A DNA stretch of 64,000 bases from assembly GCF_035084215.1 (NCBI RefSeq), contig NC_090340.1, forward strand, positions 15,562,001 to 15,626,000, in the 5' to 3' direction. The position numbers were made by a program, and so were the translations under genes. This DNA is from Heptranchias perlo (lineage: Eukaryota). Below the pieces are notes generated by a model, which saw only the letters and a program-made list of their open reading frames with translations, did not search any database and had not been told where the DNA came from. Below, piece after piece: positions 25,060 to 38,090 of this stretch (positions within the stretch are counted from its first letter, which is position 1; each line of letters opens with the position of its first letter).

Positions 25060-27165
25060 AGATATTTCATAACACTCAGCAAAGATACATTCCAGTGAGA
25101 AAGAAAGAATCTAGGGAATGGACGTACCATCCGTGGCTAACTAAGGAAGTTAAAGATAGTATCAAATTGAAAGATAAAGCATACAATTCCATGAAGATTA
25201 GCGGCAGGTCAGAAGATTGGACAGAATATAAAACACAGCAAAGAAAGACTAAAAGAATAATAAGGATGGATAAATTAGAGTACGAGAGAAAGCTAGCTAG
25301 AAATATAAAAACAGATAGTAAGAGTTTCTACAGGTATTTAAAAAGGAAAAGAGTAAGTAAAGTGAACGTTGGTCCTCTAGAGAGTGAGTCGGGGGAATTA
25401 ATAATGGAGAATAAGGAAATGGTGGATGAATTGAACAGATATTTTATGTCGGTCTTCACTGTAGAGGGTACAAGTAAAAGCCAGAAATAATTGTGAATCA
25501 AGGGAGGGAGGAACCTAAAACATTTACAATCACCAGGGAAAGAGTTCTGAAAAAGATATTAGAACTAAAAGCTAACAAGTCCCCAGGTCCTGATGGACTT
25601 CATCCTAGGGTCTTAAAAGAAGTGGCTGCAGAGATAGTAGATGCATTGGTATTAATTTTCCAAAATTCCCCAGATTCTGGAAGGGTCCCATCAGATTGGA
25701 AAATAGGGAATGTAACTCCTCTATTCAAGAAAGGAGGGAATCAGAAAGCAGGAAACTACAGCCCAGTTAGCTTAACATTTGTCATAGGGAAAATGCTAGA
25801 ATCTATTATTAAGGAGGTTATAGCAGGACACTTAGAAAATCTCAATGCAATCAGGCAGCGTCAATACGGCTTTGTGAAAGGGAAATCATGTTGAATAATT
25901 TATTAAAGTTCTTTGAGGAAGTAACAAGCAACATGGATAAAGGGGATCCTGTGGATGTGGTATTCTTGGATTTACAGAAGGCATTTGACAAGGTGCCACA
26001 TCAAAGGTTACTACACAAAATAAGAGCTCATGATGTATGGGGTAACATATTAGCAAGGATAAAGGATTGGTTAGCTAACAGGAAACAGAGAATAGGTATA
26101 AATGGGTCATTTTCAGGTTGGCAAGATGTAACAAGTGGAGTGCCACAGGGATCAGTGCTGGGGCCTCAACAATTTACAATCTATATCAATGACTTGGATG
26201 AAGGGACCGAATGTATGGTTGCTAAATTTTCTGATGACACAAAGGTAGGTAAGAAAGTAAGTTGTGAAGAGGACACAAGGAGTCTGCAAAAGGATATAGA
26301 TAGGTTAAGTGAGTGGGCAAAAATTTGGCAGATGGAATATAATGTGGGAAAATGTGAACTTGTCCACTTTGGCAGGATGAATAGAAAAGTTGTTTATATT
26401 TAAATGGAGAGAGATTGCAGAACTCTGAAGTATAGAGGGATCTGAGTGTTCTCATACATGAATCACAAAATGTTAGTATTAAGGTACAGCAAGTGATTAG
26501 GAAGGCAAATGGAATGTTGTCATTTATTGCAAGGGGAATGGAATATAAAAGTAGAGATGTTTTGCTACAGTTGTACAGGGCGTTGGTGAGACCACATCTA
26601 GAATACTGTGTGCCGTTTTGGTCTCCTTATTTAAGAAAGGACATAATTGCTTTCGAGGCGGTTCAGAGAAGGTTCTCTCGACTGATTCCTGGAATGAGGG
26701 GGTTATCTTATGAGGAAAGGTTGGACAAATTGGGCCTGTGTATATTGGAGTTTAGAAGAATGAGAGGTGATCTTATTGAAGTATATAAGATCCCGAGGGG
26801 ATTTAGAAGGGGTAGATGCTGTGAGGATGTTTCCCCTTGTGGGAGAGACTAGAACTAGGGGCTACTGTTTAAAAATAAGGGGCCTCCAATGTAAGACAGA
26901 GATGAGGAGAAATTTTTTCTCTCAGAGGGTCGTGAGTCTGTGGAACTCCCTTCCCCGGAGAGCGGTGGAGGCAGGGTCATTGAATATTTTTAAGGCTGAG
27001 TTAGATAGATTCCTGATTAACAAGGGAGTCAAAGGTTATAGTAGGTGGACAGGAAAGTAGGGTTGAGGTCACAATCAGATCAGCCATGATCTTATCAATT
27101 GGCAGATCAGGCACGAGGGGCCGAATGGCCTACTCCTGCTCTTAATTCTTATGTTCATATCTATG
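25060..27165 (+). mobile_element. CR1 LINE, 5'-truncated
   Basis: ORFs 25095-27060 with PWLTKEV, KSPGPDG, LDLQKAFD, QGSVLGP, FSDD; 3' tail. Confidence 0.95.
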
Positions 27166-27311
27166 TATATATGTTCGTATGTGGTTCAGTGCTGTCAAGG
27201 AGAAGTAGAATATCAGTTTCCATCTTATGCCAAAGAATTAATTATCAATCCAGTCCTGTTCAGGTACCTTTGTTGTACAACAAATAGTGTAATATAAGAT
27301 TATTTTTTAGC

Positions 27312-27400
27312 AGGGACTGGACAATGTACTAGATTTCAGTACTGTCCTCTCACCTCTGGAACCTGGGTATGAATCCAGCCCAGTCTGATAGATTAAAAGA
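27312..27400 (+). mobile_element. LF-SINE-like tRNA-derived SINE head (paralogue at 13727-13777 + 14593-14660)
   Basis: GGGACTGG..CCTCTCACCTCTGGAACCTGGGTATGAATCCAGCCCAG resembles the LF-SINE head as I recall it; B box decayed. Confidence 0.5.
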
Positions 27401-28912
27401 AGTAGGTGAGTTAATTGTAGATGGATTAATCATGATCTTCCAAAACTCTCCTGATTCAGGAATTGTCCCCTTGGATTGGAAAATAGCCAATGCCACTCCA
27501 TTATTTAAGATGTGTAGGAGAGATAAATTATGAAATTATAGGCCTATTAGTCTAAGGTCTGTTGTGGGAAAGTTACTAGAATCTGTTATTAGGGACAGAG
27601 TGACTGAGCACTTGGATAAATATCAGCTGATCATGGAGAGCCAACATGCATTTGAAAAGGGTAAATCATGTCTAACAAGCCTAGTTGAATTTTTTGAGGA
27701 GGTAACTAATTTGGCAGATAAGGGAGTGTGTATGGATGTTGTCTATATGGACTTCCAGAAGGCATTAGATAAGTTTTAACAAAAGAGACTGTTAACAAAA
27801 ATGAGACTGCATGGAATTGGAGGCAACCCATTGACATGGGTAGGGAATTGGTTTGGAGGTACGTGACAGAGAATATGGATAATGGGTATGTACTCAAATT
27901 GACAGGATGTGACTAGTGGTGTCCCCCAGGGAACTGTACTGGGGCCTCAGCTTTTCACTATATTTATAAATGACTGAGATGAAGGAATAGAAAGGCATAT
28001 ATCCAAATTTGCTGACAACACCAAGTTAGGTGGCATAGTAAATAGTGAAGATGGGAGCAGAAAGTTGCAAAAGGACATTGATAGATTAAGTAAGTGGGCA
28101 AAACTGTGGCAGGTGGAGTTCAATATGGGGAAGTTTCAGGTCATCCACTTTGAACCTAAGAAAGATAGATCAGAGTATTTTCTAAATGGTGAGAAGGTAG
28201 GAACTGTGAAAGAGCAGACATTTAGGAGTCCAAGAACAGAAAATACTAAAAGCTAGCGGACAGGTACAAAAAATAATTAAAAAGGCTAATGGAATGTTGG
28301 CCTTTATCACAAGGGGGCTAGAATACAAAGGAGTGGCAGTTATGTTACAGTTATATGAAGCATTGGTTAGACCCCATTTAGAGTACTGCATTCAGTTCTG
28401 GGCACTGGACCTCAGGAAGGGTATTTTGGCCTTGGAGGGCGTGCAGTGCAGATTCACCAGAATGATACCGGGGCTAAATGATTAAATTATGAGGACAGGT
28501 TGCATAGACTAGGCTTGTAGTCCCTTGAGTATAGAAGATTAAGGAGTGATCTAATTGAGGTGTTTAAGATGATTAAAGGATTTGATAGGGTAGATAGAGA
28601 GAAAGTATTTCCTCTGGTGGGGGAGTCCAGAACAAGGGGGCATAACCTTATAATTAGTGCTAGGACATTCAGGGGTGATGTTAGGAAGCATTTCTTCACA
28701 CAAATGGTATTGGAAATCTGGAACTCTCTCTCCCCAAAAGTTGTTGAGGCTAGGTCAATTGAAAATTTCAAAACTAAGATTGATAGATTTTTGATAGGCG
28801 AGGGTATTAAGGGCTATGGAACCAAGGGGGGTAGATGGAGTTAAGATACATCCATGATCTAATTGAATGATGGAACAGGCTCAAGGGGTTGAATGGCCTA
28901 CTCCTATTCCCA
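27400..28912 (+). mobile_element. CR1 LINE, 5'-truncated
   Basis: [36 protein letters not shown]; 3' GGTTGAATGGCCTACTCC. Confidence 0.93.
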
Positions 28913-29607
28913 TTAATATGTCCTCTCTTTTGTTGGTTTTATGAACCCTAAGGAGATTGAGTTTGGCCAATCCCAAGTCAAATCTTGACAGATATTTTAA
29001 CTTTTTGATAATTGATAAAAGATCAGTTCAGTAAAAGTTCAGTTCAGTTACAAACTGTTACAAATCACCAGTGTTGCATGTAATATACAATACATATAAT
29101 TCAGTATTTCACAGTATTACTTATTGATTGTCAGCTTCTATTTGATTGGTGTTTCTCTTATACTGATTATGCACATGTAACAAAGCTTATGCCCACCTCT
29201 CTTTCTCTCTTCCATTGACTAAAACAGTTCTGGCCCAGTGCCCATAAGTCATGATTTTGCTTCAGTCTGCATCAACAGGACAGTGCATCAGCTGAGTGAT
29301 ATGGGATTGGCACCAGGCCAGAAGGGAGATTGAAAGATAGCAGGTGAAGCTCAAAAAGGAAGATCTGTATGGCAGAGTGAGCAGGATGGGTTGAATTGCC
29401 TTTTCTCATTCTTATGTTCTTATTTGTTTTTACACCAGGTATACTGAGACCACATTGGTAGATTATTTGAACCAGGACTTATTTAAACATTGGTATGTTG
29501 TTACTTCAAGAATTGTTGGCCAATGGCAATCTCCACTGGACTGGACTCTTGGCTGCACCTACAAAACACTCACCTTCCTTCAACATCAGTATCTTCTCCA
29601 TTTAACA

Positions 29608-30211
29608 ACACCCTCATTGTTAAACAGAGCTACTGACACTCCCTGTAAATGTATACACATGACAAATTATCACTAGGCACCCATGGAAACAAATCCATTG
29701 ACAGCATCTTAGGGGAGAATACAGGAAAAGTGGAAAATAGAGAGAAGAAGGGTAAGAGCGTAAAGTTCATATTTGAATTTCTTTCAGGGTTCATTGTTAT
29801 TGAAGACTGAATGAAAAAAAAGTAGGTTTATTAAGGTTAAGAGAACTTGGGTGTGAATTTCCAAGCATTGAGTTGTGCCACTGTTATGCCAATGAGAATA
29901 GAGGTCTGGTGAAATATTTACATGAGGGTTTCCCAGGTAAGCTCATTTGCATAATTGGAGTAGTCATTGGCATATATCCAGTGTAAAACAAGTGTAATTT
30001 GCTGGAGTGCATGGAAGCTGGAGTGCAGCCTTTAAAAAGACAGTTCAGCGCACACAGTTCAACATCAGACTGGGGGACAACCAGTTAACCTGACTCTCAG
30101 ATAACTTCACTGCATGTCTCATCTATCTTTTTATGTTACTTTTCAAAAATATGTTTCCAGCAGAGCCATCTGCACCAAGCAAGGCAGTAGCCATGACACC
30201 AAGCCAGAGAA
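29608..30211 (+). repeat. Right arm of the inverted segmental duplication
   Basis: Reverse complement of 23785-24405. Confidence 0.85.
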
Positions 30212-30674
30212 GAAGAACCCAAAATGTCTCTCCTTTTCTGGCTCTGTTCAGCTACTATCCCAGTCTCCATTTCTTGCTTTCTGGCTTCCTTCACAGTCTC
30301 TGGTTCTCGCACACTGCCCTGGCATCTTTCCTAACATTATAGAAACTTCTCCAGCAGCTGGAGGCTGGTAAAGAGAGCTTTGCTTTGCCTGAGAAGAGAA
30401 AGCTACAGACTGGGCAATACAACTATATGCTATCTGCTCACAACACTCTCAAAATTAGGGTCAAACTTTACTGCAACATAATTGCACTGATAATCATATA
30501 ACTCTGATCACCTAAACTCAGCAAACTAGTCTAATAAGCTCCCTTTCTGCAGGAATGTGACTGGGTTACATTTGCTGGCATTTTCCAATAGTTTGGATAT
30601 GCTATTCAGTTCAGTAAATACTTGAAATTTTTCTCTCCAAAGTATGAAACGTTCAATATTTGTAAATTTAAACA

Positions 30675-32820
30675 AAGCCAATTATGTAGGTATGAGGGGC
30701 GAGTTGGCTAAGGTAGATTGGGAAATTAGATTAAAAGATATGATGGTAGATAAGCAATGGTGAACATTTAAAGAAATAATTCTCAACAAATGTTCATTCC
30801 ATTGAGGAATAAAAACGCCATGGGAAAAGTGATCCAACTATGGCTAACTAGAGAAGTTAAGGATAGTATCAGATTAAAAGAAGAGGCTTATAATGTTGCC
30901 AAAAAGAGTAGTAAGCCTGAGGATGTTTTAGAAATCAGAAAGGGATCACCAAGAATTTGATTATGAGGGAGAAAATTGAATATGAGAGTAAACCAGCAAG
31001 AGATATAAAAACAGATTGAAAGAGCTTCTACGAGTATGTAAAAAGGAAGAGATTAGCAAAAGTAAACATGTGTCCCTTAGAGGCAGAGAGAGGAGAAATT
31101 ATAATGGAGATGTTAAACAAATATTTTGTATCTATCTTCACAGTAGAAAACACAAAAAACATACTGGAAATAGTGAGGAACCAAGGATCTAATGAAAGTG
31201 AGGAACTTAAAGTAATTAATATTAGTAAAGAAAAAGTACAAGAGGAATTAATGGGACTAAAAGCCAACAAATCCCCTGGACCTGATAGCCTACAACCTAG
31301 GGTTTTAAAAGGGGTGGCTGTTGAGATAGTGGATGCATTCGCTTTGATCTTCCAGAATTCCCTAGATTCCAGAATGGCTCCCATGGATTGGAAGGTAGCA
31401 AACATAACCCCGCTATTCAAGAAAGCAGGGAGAGAGAAAACAAAACTACAGGCAAGTTAGCCTGACATCAGTAGTAAGGAAAATGCTAGAATCTATTATT
31501 AAAGACGTAGTAACTGGGCACTTACAAAATCATAATATGTTTAGGCAGAGTCAACACGGTTTTATGAAAGGGAGATCGTGTTTGACAAATATATTAGAAT
31601 TTTTTGAGGGTGTAACTAACAGGGTAGATAAGCAGGAACCAGTGGATGTAGTATATTTGGATTTTCAAAAGGCATTTGATAAGGTGCCACACAAGGTTGT
31701 TACACAAGATTAGGGCTCATGGGATGGGGATAATATATTAACATGGATAGAGGATTGGTTAACAGACAGGAAACAGAGCATAGGAATAAACGGGTCATTT
31801 TTGGGTTGGCAGGTTGTAACTAGTGGGGTGCTGCAAGGATCACTGCTTGGGCCTCAGCTATTTACAATATATATCAATGACTTAGATGAGGTGACCGAGT
31901 ATAATATATACAAGTTTGCTGATGATACAAAGCTAGGAACTAAGCTGTGAGGAGGACACAAAAAGACTGCAAAGGAATATATACAGGTTAAGTGAGTGGG
32001 CGAGTAGGTGGCAGATGGAGTATAATGTGGGGAAATGTGAAATCATCCACTTTGGTAGGAAGAATAGAAAAACAGAATATTTTTTGAAAGGTGAGAGACT
32101 ATGAAATGTTGGTGTCCTTGTACATGAATCACAGAAAATTAACATGCAGGTACAGCAAGCAATTAGGAAGGCAAATGGGATGTTAGCCTTTATTGCAAGG
32201 GGGTTGGAGTATAAGAGTAAAGAGGTCTTGCTACAATTATATAGGGCTCTGGTGAGACTACACCTGGAGTACTGTGTACAGTTTTGGTCTCCTTACTTAA
32301 GGAAGGATATACTTGCCTTAGAGGGGATGCAACAAAAGTTCACTGGGTTGATTCCTGGGATGAGAGGGCTGTCCTATGAGGAGAGATTGAGTAGAATGGG
32401 CCTATATTCTCTGGAGTTTAGAAGAATGAGAGGTGATCTCATTGAAACATATAAAATTCTTAGAAGGCTTGACAGGGTAGATGCTGAGAGGCTATTTCCC
32501 CTGACTGGAGAGTCTAGAACTAGGGGTCATAGTCTCAACATAAGAGGTCGGCCAGTTAGGACCGAGATATGAGAAAACTTCTTCACTCAGAGGGTTGTGA
32601 ATCTTTGGAATTCTCGATCCATGAGGGCTGCGCATGCTCAGTCATTGAGTATATTCAAGGCTGAGATTGCTGCATATTTGGACACTATGGGAATCAAGGG
32701 ATATGGGGATAGGGTGGGAAAGTAGAGTTGAGGTAGAAGATCAGCCATGATCTTATTGAATGACAGAGCAGTGTTGAGGGGCCGTATAGCCTACTGCTGC
32801 TCCTATTATGTTCTTATGTA
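30675..32820 (+). mobile_element. CR1 LINE, 5'-truncated
   Basis: ORFs 31068-32572 with KSPGPDS, QHGFMKGRSC, YLDFQKAFDKVPH; 3' tail TTATGTTCTTATG. Confidence 0.95.
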
Positions 32821-33700
32821 CTTTTGTAACTGGTCAATCTCTCATGGCATTGCTCATAAAGAAAAATATTGGTTTGAAGTATTTTTTCCAACGTGGGCAT
32901 CAACATAGGAGGGCAGGGGAGCAGCACTGAATTGGTAAGTTAAATCAAACCTTTCTGTGATAAAAATAGATATGCTATTTCTAAAATTAAAAAGAAACTT
33001 ACGATCCAGTGACACCTTTCTCAGTTTTTCTCTGTATTCATCAGGACTGAAAACTTTTAAGGACCCCATCATTAATGGTACTGATTAACAGCTTCCAACT
33101 TTCTTATAAATGTTAAAATGTTGAAAGAATCCATCACACACTAGACATCAAAGTTCAAAGCATCAAAGGTGTACAAAATAGCTAAAGATATGGGCAAAGA
33201 AAGTCAATTTCAGCAAAACACAGAACAGGAGGTACCAGATCATCCACCCATTTTACATCCCACCCAATGTTTGAACAGGGTGTGTAACAGACGGTCGATC
33301 TACTTTTGTTCATTTTGCACTCGTGCTAAAGTTGAATTTCACTCCCAATCTGTGTTCTTTGACCTGAAGCCAGAAGTTTACAAATAATTGGCAACGTGCA
33401 ACCTCCCTTCACCAAAATCAATTAAACTCGGATTGACCTCAGAACCTATTTAAACCACTTCTCTGGAATGCCTGAGCAGTGGCCTTAAAGGGATGTCAAG
33501 TTACCTGATGAACATCACAACTGTGCCCCAGACTGCACACTACCAGGACACAATGCCACAGGAGCTTAATTAATAATGATTAAAAATGGTTACTTTGAAG
33601 CAGCCTTTGATTTCATCCATGGCAACACAACTGTTATTTCCATTAGCTAATTTGTGGCTGTGAAAAGTGCCAGTGAGCTGGCTAGAAGGCAACACTCATT

Positions 33701-33883
33701 TGGGGGTGATTTTAACTTTCAGCTATGATGTAAAACTGGTGAAATCGGATCGGCTGCCCATTATACATCTCGCTGGATTTTCCATTCTATTGATTTCAAT
33801 GGACAGGATAATCAGGCTGGTGTATAATGGGCAGGTGATCTGATATCGCCCGTTTTATGTCATCGGAAAGTTAAAATTAGCCT
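33701..33883. mobile_element. Palindromic MITE
   Basis: GGGGGTGATTTTAACTTT..AAAGTTAAAATTAGCC termini; central ATTGATTTCAATGG. Confidence 0.7.
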
Positions 33884-34496
33884 AATTATGTGAGTCTATC
33901 TGAAAGCAGTGCCAAAAGCCAACCAAACAGCTGCTCAGATGTAACAGTCACTCTTTTTGTTTAATAATGTGGGTAATTGGAGTGAATTTTTGTGCTTAGC
34001 AAGGTGGAAGATATTAATAGTAACCAGTAGAACATTTTCCCACAGCGGATACTCAATCCCAGTATCAAATGCTCACAGCTCAGATACAACGAAGCTGTCT
34101 GTATAATGCCTCATAATTACTGGTAGGTCATGCATTGCAGAGGTTAGATGCAGAGTAAAGGCTTCCTCTAATCTGCCCTAGCAACGTGCCATAGCCCTAA
34201 CCTTAATAGAACATCCTTTAGAGGCAATATTTTTATTTCCCACATCAGCCATCCCTGCAACCTTTGAGTGTAACTGGCAAAATCTACTTTCACCAGGCAA
34301 AGGAGACTTCCATCCTGCAATTAAGAGTATCCAAGTACCAATGATAAATGGACAGTTTTCTATCCCAGTGCATTCCCTCCTGGTAACAGTTTTGTACTTA
34401 AAAATAAAAGGTTTAAATTAATTAAATTGTTTCTTGTAGCTTAACTGAGACCAGATCACAACTGTAACTTAACCAGAGTCTGAAATTCTGAACATC

Positions 34497-34715
34497 TTTT
34501 TTTTACAGAGTGAGTTGTAATGATCTGGAATGCATTGGCTTGAAAGGCATTGCAGATTCAATAGTAACTATCAAAAGGGAACTGGATAAATACTTGTGGG
34601 GAAAAAAATTACAGGGCTAAGGGGAAAGAGCAGGGGAATGGGACTTTCAAAGAGCCAGCACAGGCACAATGTGCTGAATGGCCTCCTCGTGAGCTGTACC
34701 TACTATGATACTTTG
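34497..34715 (+). mobile_element. CR1 3' fragment
   Basis: Matches the 3' ends at 19165-19400 and 40395-40625. Confidence 0.85.
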
Positions 34716-35688
34716 AATCATTGATGAAACAAGTGGAGCAGATATGTTTCCAGTACTAATCTGAGCTAGAACCTGCTAACAGCAAGACTAAACAAACTTG
34801 TATTATCTGTACTCTACATCACTGGCCAGCTGGAACATAGGAATTGCTAGACAAAAAAAGACCACGGTCCATCCAGTTCCCCATCCACCACCCTAGTAAT
34901 GCATGATCCAATGGTAATGGAGTTGTTGACTAATCATCACAATCAATCTCTATCAATTAGTCTAAACAGACCCAGAAATGACTCGCAGAAAACCCTATGT
35001 TTTGGGAACCATAAGTCCAAAGTCACCTTTTTTTCCTCCCGATCAAGCTATGCTTACCATATGTCTCAAATTACTCATATACTGTATCCAAAAACATTAT
35101 GGCTGCACAGAACTCTACTCACCAACATCCAGTTACTGTTTGATTTTTGTAAAGAGCTCAGAGGACAGTCAGCTCTGTGCTAACATTTGATTGGTAAAAA
35201 TGTTCTCAGGAAGTCAACAGACCCTCTCGGAACATTTTGAGTTTGGGTTTATACCAGTTGTAGTTACATTGCAGTCTGCTAAAATACAAAGCCCCTCAGT
35301 CCACAGACATCATACCCACGTTATACTGCAGATTTTGTTTCAGTGTAAAGCCAAAACTGCTTCTCTTCGACTCAAATCGTGCAATAAAACGGATCTGAAA
35401 GCGCGAAGTTAGGGAACTCTGGTAAATATAAGTGAACAACGCAAAATATTTTTTGATAATTTCGATGTTTCTTAATAAACTCGCTAACTTTTTTTTCAAA
35501 TTCACCTGCCATTCAAAGCCTATTGATTATGCATCCTATACTTCGATAAGACAAATCTGCGACTGACGAGCAGTGCGTTCCTTTAACGGTGGATATCCTT
35601 TTATTGCGTCCTTAATAGGAAGTAACTGTTGATAACTCACAATAACAATTGACACCGCAGCCATGAATCGCGTATTCACACCGCGCAA

Positions 35689-35803
35689 TTTAGGGTTTAG
35701 GTTTAGGGTTAGCACTATGGTTTAGGATTAGAGATTGGGGTGATCGAATTAGGGTTAGGGTTAGAGGTTGGGGCGAGTGATTATGGTTAGGGGTTAGGGT
35801 TAG
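35689..35803 (+). repeat. Degenerate (TTAGGG)n-like tract
   Basis: TTAGGGTTTAGGTTTAGGGTTAG..TTAGGGTTAGGGTTAGAGG..GGTTAGGGGTTAGGGTTAG. Confidence 0.8.
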
Positions 35804-36002
35804 AAACCGCTATTGACGCCGCCGTTGTCGCTGGACGCGTGTTTATCAAAATGATCTAAGACAATACATGGGTTTATTGAAACCACAGTTCTACACGTGA
35901 TGTCATTAGCCGCTGACATATTTCTCATCCGGCCTTCAGTAAACCCACTCACTCACTCCAAACCATCAGAGGTCCCATTCTTACTGGCATCCATTGTCCG
36001 AA

Positions 36003-36042
36003 ATGCTTCCATGCGCACTGATCCTGGGGATTACACCCAGCG
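36003..36042 (+). pseudogene. Leader exon of the VJ-C1 pseudogene
   Basis: MLPCALILGITPS + G|GTACCT phase-1 donor. Joins the CCTGATAG acceptor at 36236 to give ..SAVGDF, a plausible signal cleavage region. Confidence 0.65.
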
Positions 36043-36245
36043 GTACCTTTATATATGCTTACAAGATAGTTAGAGTTAAGAACAATACACGCGTAGTTAT
36101 ATTATTTGATCAGTGCATTTATCTCCATTCGCGGTTATCGTCCTATATATTTTTACTGCTTTTAACCTCGTTTCTCTATTTAATTATCTGTACAATGAGA
36201 TGTTTATATTTGTGTGTACATTTGCTTCCTGATAGCTGTTGGGGA

Positions 36246-38090
36246 TTTTTTTATTCGTTCATGGGATGTGGGCTTCGCTGGCAAGGTCAGCAATTATTGC
36301 CCATCCCTAATTGTCCTTGAGAAGGTGATGGTGAGCCGCCCTCTTGAACCGCTGCAGTTCGTGTGGTGAAGGTTCTCCCACAGTGCTGTTAGGAAGGGAG
36401 CTCCAGGATTTTGACCCAGCGACGATGAAGGAACGGCGATATATTTCCAAGTCGAGATGGTGTGCGACTTGAAGGAGAATGTGCAGTGGGTTGTTCCCAT
36501 GTGCCTGCTGCTCTTGTCCTTCTAGGTGGTAGAGGTCGCGGGTTTGGGAGGTGCTGTCAAAGAAGCCTTGGCGAGTTGCTGCAGTGTATCCTGTGGATGT
36601 TACACACTGCAGCCACGGTGTGCCGGTGGTGGAGGGAATGCATGTTTAAGCTGGTAGATGAAGTGCCAATCAAACGGGCTGCTTTGTGTTGTCGAGCTTC
36701 TTGAGTGTTGTTGGACCTGCACTCATCCAGGCAAGTGGAGAGTATTCCATCACACTCCTGACTTGTGCCTTATAGGTGGTGGAAAGGCTTTGGGAAGTCA
36801 GGAGGTGAGTTACTTGTGGCAGAATACCCAGCCTCTGACCTGCTCTTGTAGCCACAGTATTTATATGGCTGGTCCAGTTAAGTTTCTTGTCAATGATGAC
36901 CCCCAGGATTTTGATGGTGAGGGATTCGGCGATGGTAATGCCGTTGAATGTCAAGGGGAAGTGGTTAGACTCTCTCTCGTTGGAGATGGTCATTGCCTGG
37001 CCCTTGTCTGGCACGAATATTACATGCCACTTATCAGCCCAAAGCAGGATGTTGTCCAGGTCTTGCTGCATGTGGGCACGGACTACTTCATTATTTGATG
37101 GGTTGCGAACGGAACTGAACACTGTGCAATCATCAGTGAACATCCCCATTTCTGACCTTAAGATGGAAGGAAGGTCATTGATGAAGCAGTTGAAGATGGT
37201 TGGGCCTAGGACACTGCCCTGAGGAACTCCTGTAGCAATGTCCTGGGGCTGAGATGATTGGCCTCCAACAACCACTACCATCTTCCTTTGTGCTAGGTAT
37301 GACTCCAGCCACTGGAGAGTTTTCCCCCTGATTCCCATTGACTTCAATTTTACAAGGGCTCCTTGGTGCCACACTCAGTCAAATGCTGCCTTGATGTCAA
37401 AGGCAGTCACTCTCATCTCACCTCTGGAATTCAGCTCTTTTGTCCATGTTTGGACCATGGCTGTAGGTCTGGAGCTGAGTGGTCCTGGCGGAACCCAAAC
37501 TGAGCATCGGTGAGCAGGTTATTGGTGAGTAAGTGCCACTTGATAGCACTGTCGATGACATCTTCCGTCACTTTGCTGATGATTGAGAGTAGACTGATGG
37601 GATGGTAATTGGCCGGATTGGATTTGTCCTGCTTTTTGTGGACAGGATATACCTGGGCAATTTTCCAAATTGTCGGGTAGGTGCCAGTGTTGTAGTTCTA
37701 CTGGAACAGTTTGGCTAGAGGCGGCTAGTTCTGGAGCACAAGTCTTCAGCACTACAGCCGGGATGTTGTTGAGGCCCATAGCCTTTGCTGTATCCAGTGC
37801 ACTCAGCTGTTTCTTGATATCACGTGGAGTGAACAAATTGGCTGAAGACTGGCTTCTGTAATGGTGGGGATATCTGGAGGCGGCCGAGATGGATCATCCA
37901 CTCGGCACTTCTGGCTGAAGATGGTTGCAAATGCTTCAGTCTTGTCTTTTGCACTCACATGCTGGACTCTGCCATCATTGAGGATGGGGATGTTTACAGA
38001 GCCTCCTCCTCCCGTTAGTTGTTTAATTGTCCACCACCATTCACGGCTGGATGTGACAGGACTGCAGAGCTTTGATCTGATCCGTTGATT
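36246..38090 (-). mobile_element. Zenon-like LINE, 5'-truncated, inserted in the V exon
   Basis: WHQGALVKL, QGSVLGP and FTDD in ORF 36670-37374; 3' tail at 36246; collinear with 59470-61330. Confidence 0.95.

Noticed and set aside
35123-35275. Possible minus-strand exon (TTTTAGCAG acceptor, GTGAGT donor) of a divergent transcript
   Set aside because: Stops in all three frames and no partner exons can be supported; cannot be called without RNA data.
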